Assembly: GCF_001194135.2 (NCBI RefSeq) | Contig: NC_068986.1 | Coordinates: 67,311,922-67,375,921 of the forward strand | Length of the DNA stretch: 64,000 nucleotides | Reading direction: 5' to 3' | Source: Octopus bimaculoides | Taxonomy: Eukaryota | Shown here: positions 12,011 through 24,720 of the stretch, in pieces | How the letters are laid out: the number at the start of each line of letters is the position of its first letter | Numbering within the stretch: position 1 is the stretch's first letter | Notes under the pieces: model-generated | What the model was told of the DNA's origin: nothing | Database searches by the model: none | What the model saw: the letters and a program-made list of their open reading frames with translations, nothing else | Position numbers and translations under genes: made by a program

Positions 12011-13747
12011 TATATGCATATATATGTATATGTATATATCCACGCATGCATATACACATATGTGTTAAAGGGTGTTAACGCATTTTTCTGTCACTGCAAT
12101 GTACCACTAAAAATAGATATAGGGTATTTGTGAATTTTGGGTCAACACTGATTGTTATATCATATGTGAATATTACATCTATCTACAATAATATATTCGT
12201 GGAGAGGAATGAAATTTACACCTCTATATACCACACATTTCAAATCTTCACACTTACTGATGAAATTTCAAGTAGAGTTGAAATGTACGGTATTTTGAAC
12301 TGTTCGCGACCAAAATCCTGTATATATCTTTTCATTTCTCCTAATATGCAGTTTTGGCTAAAAACATATAAAATATGTTATAGTACATTATGTGTATTTG
12401 TGGTATGTTTGTGTTGGGTAAAATTTTTCATTGACTATTAGTGCGTTACCTAGCAGTCATATTTCTATTGCTTTTCACTCGTTACTAAAAAATCAGATAC
12501 GTTTCAAATAATTAATTCATTGAAAGATGAAAATGAAATGAATTCCATTACGAGATAGTCGTACTCACTGAGTACAAGCTAATAAAAAACAGATTTAAAT
12601 TCTTCTGAATGAAACGCTTTCTTTACCTCTATGTCCTTTTAATGGCCAAATTGTCACTCTTAACTATTTTAAAGAAAAGCCCAAGTACACATAAACACTA
12701 CGATTTAATCTTTTCAGTATCCGAAAGGACTAGGGAGCCAATGATTAATCTCAAGTTAGGGAACACATCATAGAGTAATAAGTATCCTGTTCCAAATCAA
12801 TTGTGGTTCTCCTGTTGCCCACCAACAAGAATCGATATCATCCAACAAACATAAGCCGAGTGCTTTAGACTCTTCAAATGCTAGGCTTTCTTAGCTTTAA
12901 ACCGTTGAAAAGTTAGTACTTTTGTCAAAGAGGTAAAAGTACCGATAACAACAGGCTAAGAACTGCAGTGATGAAACACAATCAGTTATAAACTTCAATT
13001 ACAATTTAACTTCGCTGAATACCACAGAGTCACTTTAACTCTCGCAATAAGCTTGTCTTTCCCTATTATAGCTATGATCTGATTCAATCAAAAGGAATAT
13101 CTAAATGATTCTCATCTCGATGATAAGAAGATGATGTGATTAAGGAAAAGAAATATACATTAATTACAGGACATTTTCTAATCAGCTTATATGCACACTT
13201 CAGAAATATTATTAGAAGGTTTAAACACTGAAGCCAAGAGACAAAGCGAAGTGTTGGGCTGTAGAAGCAGCTCACAAAAGCTCGAAGTGGTTTGTTCTTC
13301 GTAGGCTGACTTCATCAGAAAGATAATTCATCTTTTCACGCTATATTAACTTTGGAAGTTACATAGTTAAACTTAAGTGTTGCCACATGTTGTCTCCTTG
13401 GTATGATCATTGATATAATTTATATTCGACGGAAAGGAATGACATTTAAACAGAGAAGTCAGTCTTGCTATAGAAAAGCAGACAGATAGATGCAAGGTTA
13501 ATGCAGTTGAAGTGCCACATGGATCTTGGATTAATGATTGATCATATAATTATATAAATTAATAAAGTACTGAACCAGTGCGTGTGTTTATTACCGGCAT
13601 AATGCCTCTCCCAAGGTTTAATTATATAGACATAAGATCTCACACAATTTGGGAAACACCGACAGAAGAGAGTGTGAATGCGTATATAAGTTTATGTCTC
13701 TTTCTCTCACTCCCTCACTATTTGTCTCTCTTTCTTTATATAAATAC

Positions 13748-13778
<31 letters not shown>

Positions 13779-14074
13779 NNNNNNNNNNNNNNNNNNNNNN
13801 NNNNNNNNNNNNNNNNNNNNNNNNNNNNNNNNNNNNNNNNNNNNNNNNNNNNNNNNNNNNNNNNNNNNNNNNNNNNNNNNNNNNNNNNNNNNNNNNNNNN
13901 NNNNNNNNNNNNNNNNNNNNNNNNNNNNNNNNNNNNNNNNNNNNNNNNNNNNNNNNNNNNNNNNNNNNNNNNNNNNNNNNNNNNNNNNNNNNNNNNNNNN
14001 NNNNNNNNNNNNNNNNNNNNNNNNNNNNNNNNNNNNNNNNNNNNNNNNNNNNNNNNNNNNNNNNNNNNNNNNNN

Positions 14075-14147
<73 letters not shown>

Positions 14148-14198
14148 GATATTACCCAGACCATTATGATTTTCTAATCTATTTTGTAAGAATCACTT

Positions 14199-14231
14199 CT
14201 GATGAAGGGTATTGAGTCAGAAACACGTGTC
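14199..14231 (+). other. Minimal type I hammerhead-ribozyme-like motif (degenerate)
   Basis: CTGATGA-AGGGTATTGAGTCA-GAAA-CACGT-GTC: intact core boxes, palindromic stem III (ACACGTGT) and GUC triplet. Stems I and II pair poorly. Confidence 0.4.
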
Positions 14232-14515
14232 CATGAATGTCCTCTTATCTCTAAACAATGAGCCTGTTAGTTTCCTTAATACCATTTCAAATCTGGAGAA
14301 TATCTGGGACAACCTCTTCTCAAGTGTAACCATTCTTAATTGCCATTTGGTAATTAGGATACATTCTGTCGAGGCAGTATTTTATTGAATCAATAATTCG
14401 GGTTTTATCGTATTTAACAAACCGGAATTTCTTTTATTCAAATACATGCTGCTGGTCTGGATTCATCGAGTTATTTCTCCTATTTCTCTATTTAAATCAC
14501 ATATATGTGATTTAA

Positions 14516-14675
14516 ATAGACATGGTTGCGTGGTAAGCAGCTTGCTTACCAACCACATGGTTCCGGGTTCAGTCCCACTGCATGGCACATTGGGTGTCTT
14601 CTACTATATTCACGGGCCGATCAAAGCCATGTGAGTGGATATGGCAAACGGAGACTGAAAGAAGCCCGTCGTATT
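14516..14675 (+). mobile_element. tRNA-derived SINE, family B (5' half)
   Basis: TGCGTGGTAAGCAGCTTGCTTACCAACCACATGGTTCCGGGTTCAGTCCCACTG...GAAAGAAGCCCGTCG; A-box and B-box-like motifs. Homologous to 49775 and 56334. Confidence 0.9.
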
Positions 14676-15169
14676 TATATGTGTATAATTGAAAAAATTT
14701 GATGTCAACAAGGAGTATAGTTGGACATGTATTTTCAAGCGTGAAAGTACTTGATTATATAACCATCTCGCAGCATTAAGTGATCTAGTTGTATTTCCTC
14801 AAGCGATATGTAAATATTGCCTCCCTAAATTCAAATTCTCTGAGTCAAGAGCATCATCTGAGCATCACCCGAGGAAACACAACGAGATCATATAATGCAG
14901 GGAAATGGTTGTATAATCAACTATATGCACACCTGGAAAATTACGTTGCTTCTTTCCGTTGTCGTCTACCAAAACCATTAAAAGGCTTCGGTTAGTCTGG
15001 GACTAAAGCAAAACTCAGGTGCGGAAGATGTAATGCAGTGGGACTGGACACGTAACTCTGGGAAGCAAACTTTTTATCACATCTATCTATCTATTTATCT
15101 AGCTAGCTCTCTCTATATATACATGCAATCGACTCATCCCCACCTCCCCCAAGCTGCCCTTGTAGTAAA

Positions 15170-15170
15170 A

Positions 15171-15225
<55 letters not shown>

Positions 15226-15262
15226 GTAGTAGTAGTAGTAGTAGTAGTAGTAGCGGCAGCAG
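15170..15262. repeat. (TTA)n-(GTA)n compound trinucleotide repeat
   Basis: Directly visible. Confidence 0.95.
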
Positions 15263-15289
15263 AAGTTGCTAGTGTAATCAAGCTTCGAG

Positions 15290-15890
15290 TGGGGTTTCCG
15301 AGTGTACAACCAATCTTGAAACTCTTTCCGATGAAAAGGTTTTAAGTTCATATTGCAGCAAACATTTTTCTGGCTATTTTGTTTTAATGAGATATACAAG
15401 TCCTTATAGGTACACACTTCTATCCTATTCTTTAATCCACCACAATTTGTAGCAGTGTCTCTCCCAGGTCTCAAATTAAATGTTATGCAAACTAATGCGT
15501 TTATCAAAAGTTTCAGACCAGCCTTTGTTAACCAGAAACAGTCTTGTATTAGGAACTGTACATTACATTACCCGCAAATCATCATAAAATTTTTCAGCTT
15601 TCGCTTGAATTATCGTCCTGTTTCTCGTCATATTACATCCTCTCTGACGTCGGTCCGCACATTCAGATGCCGTTCTTTAGAAAGCAACATCTCAGATCAA
15701 TGGTATAACCATTTTGGAGTAGTTAAGAAAGCTACTGCCTGTATTATCACTGTCATGCAATGTGGCTGATTTGTTTTTAACGCATTGTACCATTACAAAC
15801 ATCAAATTAAGCATCCAACGTAATCTTTTATTAATTCTTTTCACTTTACTGTCTTCATCTGATGGCCTCTTCCAATCATCACTGATCATA
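15290..15890 (-). mobile_element. Highly degenerate pogo/Tigger transposase N-terminal relic
   Basis: Minus-strand fragments in shifting frames, in the expected order: KRPS...KKITLDA*FDV (psq HTH), IIQAKAEKFYDDL, FLVNKGWSETFDKRISLHNI (cf. FxASKGWFxxFKKRxxLHN of the CENP-B HTH). Confidence 0.6.
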
Positions 15891-17281
15891 CATTACAATT
15901 TCATAAGTGCAGAATTTCATACCAGAGTTTCTGTGATGTATATGATGCATGTGTGCGTGTGTGTGTGTGTGTGGGGGATTATGCAACAGAGGAGCAGCCC
16001 TAGAGTAAAACCTTTATATTGCATACCATACTTAGCGAATGCTGTTGGAAATCCAGAAGCGTCCAAAAATATCGTTTTATAGTCATACTGTGTTAAAAAA
16101 ACAAAACAAAACAAAACAAGTAAAACGAAATCGCCCCGGAAACGACTGCGTGAACGACAGATACATACTTCACCATTTTCGGAGCTTGTCAATGTCACGT
16201 AATCGTGATCATGTCATTTCTGAAAGGAGACTGAATCAGCCTGTCTGAAGTATATAGAGATAATGCATAAACTATATATTGGTTTGCAATGATGCCCATA
16301 GGCTAAATAAAATTGGAACTATGCAATAGAAACAGCTCTAGATTAAAATCTTTGTTTACATAACTATTCAACGTTTTCATGCTTTGCCTAGATGTAAAAT
16401 GTATGTGTACATGCATTATAAATATTTTGCGGCATATATATACATGCTATATGTTAAGCACCTATATATGGTTATGCGGTAAGAAAGTTTGCTTCCCAAC
16501 AACATACTTCATGGCAAATGAACCCCTACTGTAGTTCGAAGTTTACCAAAACTTCTGGGTGAGTTTTGGAAATTCATAGTATAGATAAATATATATGTCC
16601 TTTATATATGTTCTTTGTATAGAAATATACTCATTTCTGTCTGTTTGACCCTAAGTGATTTATGGCCGTATAACCTTTCGGTATCAGTTGCTTGGCATTC
16701 CTTGATGATTTTACTAGCTCTACTGTTTTCCCATTTCTGTCTTCCCCTTCCTCCTTTTTCTCTCTTCCCCTCCTCCTCTTTCTCTTTCCCTCCTCTTCCT
16801 CTCTCTCTCTCTTCCAATCTCTCACTCCTTGCGTCTTTATCTCAGACTTCCTTGTCTGCTATTTACATGTCCTGCGAGGTTTCATCATTTGCATAACGAG
16901 AAAAGTGCATATATTTAGGTTGCCGTGTATACGGCGGGGTATTGATGAGCTAAAATGCATGATTGCATTGTGTCGCAACTTATGTAATACTTTCGGCATT
17001 TTGCTGAAACGCATGTATATCGTATAGAGCTTCCAATATCTCACCTGTTTACTGTTTATCATTTTCTTCTATCATTTGGCTAGTATCCCATACTATAGCC
17101 TATCCCAAATTTCGTGCCCCGTGTCTTACTATAATGGATACCGGAGTGGATTGTGGAAACCCATTACTGGCGCCGATATTGGTTGCGCGTCGCACTTTAC
17201 TGTGCCTCTCATTTTTTTGAAGCACACACATACACACACGCGCGCACACATACACACACATATATGGGTATGTCCATATAT

Positions 17282-17370
<89 letters not shown>

Positions 17371-19074
17371 AATACACACACACACACGTTTATATATACA
17401 CACACACATATGTATATATATATATATATATATAACACGGAAGAGACTTGCCCTCTTCCTATCACTAAATCTTTTCCCTCCTTCTTCTCTCCTCCATTGT
17501 TAAAAGTAAAGAAAATAGAAAATATCGATGATACTTAGGTATAATGTTAATTTTAATTTTAAATAACTCTGTGGCTCTCATTTCTCTGCGTCTATCTCTT
17601 CACTACTTTTCTCTGCTTGTTAAGAGATTAAGAAAAAAAAAACAAGAAAATAAAATCGATTGTATATAGGTCCTGAATGTTTTAAATGAATATACATCAA
17701 CTAATTTCATGTTCTTCAGTTATGTTGCAATGAAAAACCCATAAAAAGGGCGAAATAGCACTATCTACAACTACGAGGGCACTTAAAAAGGACGGAAAAT
17801 GGTTTTCATGGAAATATTATTACGTATGCTCTTTCACTCATAAGAAAATGGCCTTCCATAATATTAAAAAATAATAAATTATAAACCTTGAAGCTGTTCT
17901 CTTCCCTTAAAGGGAAAAATTGAACCTCTTCTATTTTTTAGTAAATGCTCTCTCTGTCTGTGTCTGTCTGTCTCTCTATCTCTCTCTATATATCGCTCTC
18001 TCCCTCTCCTTCTCTTACTCCGAAAGTAGCTGTAGGTAGCAGCAGCAACACTCCCAAGTCAGTTGCTCATATATATGTGTATGTGTGTGTGTGTGTCCTT
18101 TTATTCTTTTACTTGCGTTAGCCATTGGATTGCCTCCTTAATGTGCATATTTGAAAAAATTAACGCCATGTTATTTTAAAGTCTAGTCTATTGGTCTTTC
18201 TTGATGCTAATCGACAGGGACATAAGCGAAAATTACCGGTTGTCAAACGGAGGACGGACAAAAGCACGCTGGTACATACACACACACACACATCCACCCC
18301 CCACACATACACATACACACGTGCATCGGGACAATACACAATTTCTCTCAACCAGATTCGCTCACAAGGCAGAATCGTTACGAGGCTATTGTACAAGTCA
18401 TTTCCCAAAGATGCCGTACAGTGGAAATGAACTGGCAACAAGATGTTAGCATAGCAAACTTAAGCACATAGTCATGCCTGTACACTGTTATCCACACAGC
18501 TTGAGTAAATGAAAAGAGTGTGGGATTTGCACGGTCTAGACGCACTGTTAAATTATTATCAAAGCCTAGATCAGTAGAGAAAGTCAGTGTGCTTTAGTAC
18601 GCTATGGGGAGGGAGGAAATTGCGCGTATGTGCAAAGTGTTAAGTGCAGTGAAACTATTAAATAAAGTTTGTAGTAAACATTAACTAAATTAAAACATTT
18701 CAATTGCTAGTCTTTAATCCCAAATCTACAGAAGATAGACCCATAAAAATGACATGCCGCTATCGGTGAATCTTTGAAGTCACTGTGGTTAAGATTTTTA
18801 TGTCTAATAAACTATTTAAATTCTGCTTTGATATTGAGACATTTTTTTTCAGTTTATGCTTTTTTTCTGTTTCTAATTAAAGNNNNNNNNNNNNNNNNNN
18901 NNNNNNNNNNNNNNNNNNNNNNNNNNNNNNNNNNNNNNNNNNNNNNNNNNNNNNNNNNNNNNNNNNNNNNNNNNNNNNNNNNNNNNNNNNNNNNNNNNNN
19001 NNNNNNNNNNNNNNNNNNNNNNNNNNNNNNNNNNNNNNNNNNNNNNNNNNNNNNNNNNNNNNNNNNNNNNNNNN

Positions 19075-19115
<41 letters not shown>

Positions 19116-19214
19116 GTATGTAATACATGTATACATATATGCATGCATGTCTGTATGTATGGAGATAGATAAATAACCAGACAGACAGGTAACTAATTAA
19201 CTAGCTAGCTAGCT

Positions 19215-19370
19215 AGATAGATTGATTGATTGGCTGATTTATTGATTGATTGATTGAGTGAGTGAGTGAGTGAGTGAGTGAGTGTGTGTGTGAGTGAGTG
19301 AGTGAGTGAGTGAGTGAGTGAGTGAGTGAGTGAGTGAGAGAGTAAGTGAGAGAGTGAGTGAGTGAGTACA
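19215..19370. repeat. (GATA)/(GATT)/(GAGT)n tetranucleotide array
   Basis: Directly visible. Confidence 0.95.
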
Positions 19371-19826
19371 TAAATACATAGCTACGCGCACACACATTTT
19401 CTAATATATGCATTTGTGTATAAAGATGCGTGGCCAATTGTTTAAAGTTAGGTTCTGGATTCAATGCTCAGATAGTGTAGTAGTTTGTTACCCTAAGCAA
19501 AATACTTCTTTTCATGTTGCTAAACATGAGTTAAGCCTATAATCGACTAGCATCTCGCACGGTGGTACCTTGCAATCTCAGGGTAAACTGTACTACAAAA
19601 TGAATTGAAAAAATTAATATGCTTCGTCGCTATGAATTTGTTTGAGACAGACACCTTATGTAAGTATCTATGTATGTATGTATGTATGTCCACACACAAT
19701 CATACTGTTGTGCGTATATGGAATAAAAATGTGTAGCGAGTTCAGTTGTGTAAGTGGATATTTATTTGTACACATATATTAAAGTCTGTTTGGGATGCCT
19801 GATAGCAAAATTTGATATTTCACTGT

Positions 19827-19910
<84 letters not shown>

Positions 19911-20683
19911 GATAGAAAGATACATAGATATGTGTGTGTATAATATTATATTATATATTACATATTACACCACCATCTTACTTAAATGTTCTTGTTGAAC
20001 TCTTCAGTATTTCGATTATTGACCTTAATGACCTCTTCACGACACCTTGTCGATATTTCTATTGTTATGATATTCGTTGATAATTTACCATATTCTATAA
20101 ATATAAAGTTTAACTGCTCACGGCCTAGGTAATATTGACGTATATATTTATACTTCAGTCTAGTGTCTGTACATACATGTAGATACGCATGTAGTGTATA
20201 GTGTGAAGAAATATTGCTGCTATTTGTACTAGTTGTACCGATCACTGAACCTGCAGCACGATCAAAATGGATAGAGACTATAAGTCAGGTTCAATATTAA
20301 GTTGTAGTGAGTAAATTATCTTAATGATACAACTCCATCGTTTACGGACAGTGTCAGCATAGTCACTGTTACTGATCACGAACGTTTATTATTGATTGTG
20401 ATTGTTATCATTCTATATCCATATGTCATCCCATAACATATGGTGTTGACTGACGATATAATACTGACTATATAATAACCTAAGTGCAAAAATACAGGGC
20501 GTATATTATTGGGCTCGTATTTATACTGCGGATAGTTGCTGTAGACGTTACAGATGTTTTTCTCGTTAAAAGGTATATTTATAATCGAATCTATTTTATT
20601 AAGAAGCTGCAGGATAACAGAGAAGATGGGAGTAAAAACCCCGTATGATCATGATCATGATCATGATAATGTTAATGAATACA

Positions 20684-20818
20684 AAAATCCTTTCAGCAAT
20701 GGAATAAGGAAGGAAATTTTCGGAGAAGAGTTAGTCGATTACGTTGACCCCAGTCCTCCAATTTTAAATATGATCCCGAAAGTTTAAAAGGCAAAGTCGA
20801 CCTCGGTGGAATTTGAAC
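20684..20818 (-). mobile_element. SINE family A fragment
   Basis: AAAGGCAAAGTCGACCTCGGTGGAATTTGAAC is the reverse complement of the family A B-box and body. Confidence 0.8.
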
Positions 20819-20821
20819 AAC

Positions 20822-20942
20822 ATAAAGATAATGATGATGATGACGGTGATGATTATAATGATGATGATGATATGATGATGATGACGACGACGACGACAAC
20901 AACAACAACAGCAACAGCTACAACAACAACAACAACAACAAC

Positions 20943-20980
<38 letters not shown>
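20822..20980. repeat. Compound (GAT)n-(GAC)n-(AAC)n-(AAT)n microsatellite
   Basis: Directly visible. Confidence 0.95.
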
Positions 20981-20982
<2 letters not shown>

Positions 20983-22553
20983 GAATTAGATATCGAAACA
21001 GTAATAAAGGAACTTGAGTAGGAACTAACCTATAAATACCTAGGAATAAATGAAGCGTCTGGTATCCAGCATGCAAGCATGAAAGAGAAGGTTAGGAAGG
21101 AACGTTATAGAAGGGTTCGAGCAGTTCTAAAGTCAGTTGAATGCATATAACAAGGTGTTAGCCATAAATTCCTTAGCAGTCCCAGTTGTTCATTATAGCT
21201 TCATGTGCTTAACTGGAATACCAGCGAAATAATCAAAATTGATAGAAAAATTCGCAAACTACTGACTTGTAATAAGATGCACCATCCAAAGGCAGACGTG
21301 GATCGTCTTTACCTTCCCAGAGCTCAGGAAGGTCGAGGCTTGATCCAGCTTGAACTTAAGTACAAAACCACCACAATCGGACCTTGAAACAACCAACGAT
21401 TGGAAGCTGAAACTTGTTGAAAAACATGAAAGACCGAAAACACTCCACTCTATTCTGAAAGAGAGCAAAAAATTCGCTACTGATCTCTTAGATATCCACC
21501 AGCTTGATCAGGTTGAAAGAAATGCGCCAACTGCTGCTGCAAAGAAANNNNNNNNNNGCTTGATCAGGTTGAAAGAAATGCGCCAACTGCTGCTGCAAAG
21601 AAAATAAAATTAATTGCAAAGACAAAAGTACATGAAAAATTAGCTAGCAGATGGGAACAAAAACCTCTGCATGGCATGTATGTGGCCCATAGCAAACAAG
21701 CTGATGTCGACCAGAAACACACGCATCAATGACTATGAAGCTCAGGGTTAAAAGCAGAGAGTGAAGGTTTCATATTGGCTGCTCAAGACCAAAGCTTATT
21801 AACCCGGAACTACCAAGCCAATGTGATAAAAAATGGAGCTGACCCAAAATGCCGATTCTGTAACGATGAAATTGAAACTATAGACCACCTAATCTCAGGG
21901 TGGAGAATCTTAGCACCTGTAGAATATAAAGCAAGACATGACAGTCGGCCGGTATTTACACTGGACAATATGTCGGCATTATAAGATCAAAACCGATGAC
22001 AAATAGTATAATCGCCATCCTGAGGCTGTGACTGAGGGAGAAAATGTGTCAGTTCTCTGGGACTTCCCGTACATACCGACAAAACTATGAAGGCTAATAA
22101 AGCGGATATTATTATAAAAGATCAGACAAAGAAGATGTGTTGATTAATTGACATGAGTATTCCTTGCGATCACATTATAGCGGCGAAAGAATTTGACAAG
22201 ATCAGTAAATATAAAGACTTGCTAATATAAATTGAAAAAATATGGCACCTCAAGGTGACTACCGTACCAGTGATTATAGGATCTCTAGGAATGATAAAAA
22301 AAAAGGTAGTGAAACCTATTTGAAAATGATACCAGGCTTACCATCCCTACAGGAAGTGCAAAAAATCGTGTTAACTGGAACGACTCATGCATGTACTGAG
22401 AAGAGCATTATCGCTGTGAAAACAACTTCCATTCATGAATGTATTTATTTATTTTTTTAAATACATATTTTACCTGTGAATTTGCGTGTGTAAACTGGGA
22501 ATGCATACTCGGCGAGAAATGGAAGAATATTTGAAGAAGTAAAAAAAAACAGC
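20980..22553 (+). mobile_element. 5'-truncated non-LTR retrotransposon with RLE endonuclease, R4/Dong-like (dead)
   Basis: With stops and frameshifts: YKYLGI (end of RT), IDRKIRKLLTCNKMHHPKADVDRLYLPRAQEGRGL, KPLHG, AAQDQSLLTRNY, zinc knuckle CRFC..ETIDHLISG, RHD, LWDFP, KADIIIKD..LIDMSIP..KYKDL, VPVIIGSLG, LQEVQKIVLTGT..LRRALS. 3' UTR ends in an (ATA)n tail. Confidence 0.92.
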
Positions 22554-22584
22554 ATAATAATAATAATAATCATAACTCTTATTG

Positions 22585-22642
<58 letters not shown>

Positions 22643-22648
22643 CATCAC

Positions 22649-22711
<63 letters not shown>

Positions 22712-22790
22712 CGTTGTCGTTGTTCATGTTGTTATTTTTGTTGTTGTTGTTGATATTACTATTACTTTGATTACTATGAGGATTACGATT
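22554..22790. repeat. Compound (TAA)n-(TCA)n-(TTA)n-(TTG)n microsatellite
   Basis: Directly visible. Confidence 0.95.
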
Positions 22791-23857
22791 ATTACTGCTA
22801 TTATGAGATTACGATGAAGATAATGATAATAACAATTATGTTAAGACGGCATGGAAAATAAAAAGATGAAGAGTTAAAAATAACATAGCATAAATTTGTG
22901 GTTGTCCTAATATGAAGGTGCTCTGATCTGCTATCGATCGTTCAATCTGTATACAACACAAAATTGGTGAGCGTTATAAAGGTCAAATTGAAATCAATAA
23001 CATTTTAACAATGTACTTTTTATGCGCTTGAATTTCTTTCTTATTCTTATTAAAAACATTGAGGATTTTTAATGGCTCGAAACTCTATCAAAATTTGTTC
23101 CAAATTTAGTCAGATGCGATCAGGCTGAAACTTTCCAAAGCACTGATGTTGTTGTTGTTATTGACTGTGTTGTTTTTGATGTGACTGTTAAGAAATCTTT
23201 GTGTTGATACTTCGTTATTTTTAAAAATTTTAATGTTTGTAAAGAACTTTGTTATTTATATTGCATATTTTGTCTCGTTGATGCATATTCCCATCTAACA
23301 TTAAGCAACCGCAAGTGCGTGCATAAGTATATGTATATGTGTGTATGTATATGTGTGTATGTGTATGTGTGATTGTACGTATATGTGTATGCGTTTGTGT
23401 ATACTATTTTCCTTTGAATATTTCTTAATAATCTCCCTATCTTATAATTTTTCAAGCAAGTTTTTTAACTCAGTGATTATCCTGTTCACACACACAGACA
23501 CACGCAGATGCACACAAAGACGCACGCACATACACACAAACGGACACATACGCATACACAGATACACGCACATACACACAAACAATCAAACACACGTACA
23601 CACACAAACGCACACACACGCAAACGCGCACACATACACACTCAAACATACATACGCATATACGTATAGATAAACAGAAAAATGCGGAAGTATCAAATAC
23701 CATGTAGCATAAATTTTTGATTTATTAAAATCATCTCCGCCCTTAGATGATGTATTAGCAATTAATACGAGCTCCACTTTAAAAAGGAATATAACCTTAC
23801 CTATAACTTCTTAAACCCGTTTGAACTTCCCAACACCAGTGTGAATGTTAGTGTGAT

Positions 23858-23889
<32 letters not shown>

Positions 23890-23935
23890 TATGTGTGAGA
23901 GTATTGTAGTTCGATTGAAGCATTGTGTATTGTTT

Positions 23936-24163
23936 GTAAAGAATAAAATACTTTGAATGACACGACAATGCACTATAATACAAACAATAGACTATAATTA
24001 CTGTTGTAATTTAATCTCCATCAATTTGTGGGGATATTTAAAAAAGGAATTTTATTCCGAATTATCATATCAGACTGTGGATGATGAAATTACAACAGTT
24101 ATTATAGTCCATTGTTTGTATTATAGTGCATTGTTGTGTCATTCAAAATATGTTATTCTTTAC
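23936..24163. repeat. 77-bp inverted repeat with 74-nt spacer
   Basis: Arms 23936-24012 and 24087-24163; 5 mismatches by manual alignment, no indels. Confidence 0.92.
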
Positions 24164-24670
24164 ACACACACATATATACCTACATACACACACACACACA
24201 CATACATATATACCTACATACACACNNNNNNNNNNNNNNNNNNNNNNNNNNNNNNNNNNNNNNNNNNNNNNNNNNNNNNNNNNNNNNNNNNNNNNNNNNN
24301 NNNNNNNNNNNNNNNNNNNNNNNNNNNNNNNNNNNNNNNNNNNNNNNNNNNNNNNNNNNNNNNNNNNNNNNNNNNNNNNNNNNNNNNNNNNNNNNNNNNN
24401 NNNNNNNNNNNNNNNNNNNNNNNNNNNNNNNNNNNNNNNNNNNNNNNNNNNNNNNNNNNNNNNNNNNNNNNNNNNNNNNNNNNNNNNNNNNNNNNNNNNN
24501 NNNNNNNNNNNNNNNNNNNNNNNNNNNNNNNNNNNNNNNNNNNNNNNNNNNNNNNNNNNNNNNNNNNNNNNNNNNNNNNNNNNNNNNNNNNNNNNNNNNN
24601 NNNNNNNNNNNNNNNNNNNNNNNNNNNNNNNNNNNNNNNNNNNNNNNNNNNNNNNNNNNNNNNNNNNNNN

Positions 24671-24705
<35 letters not shown>

Positions 24706-24720
24706 CATACATACATACAG

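Noticed and set aside
12258-12300. CTGATGA...GAAA string
   Set aside because: Stems II and III rely on weak A-U/G-U pairs; chance-level.
12561-12575. Palindrome GTACTCACTGAGTAC
   Set aside because: 7-bp arms; expected by chance in 64 kb.
19982-20094. Minus-strand exon-like segment (EYGKLSTNII...NKNI*)
   Set aside because: The only open frame ends in a stop immediately before the donor; no homology.
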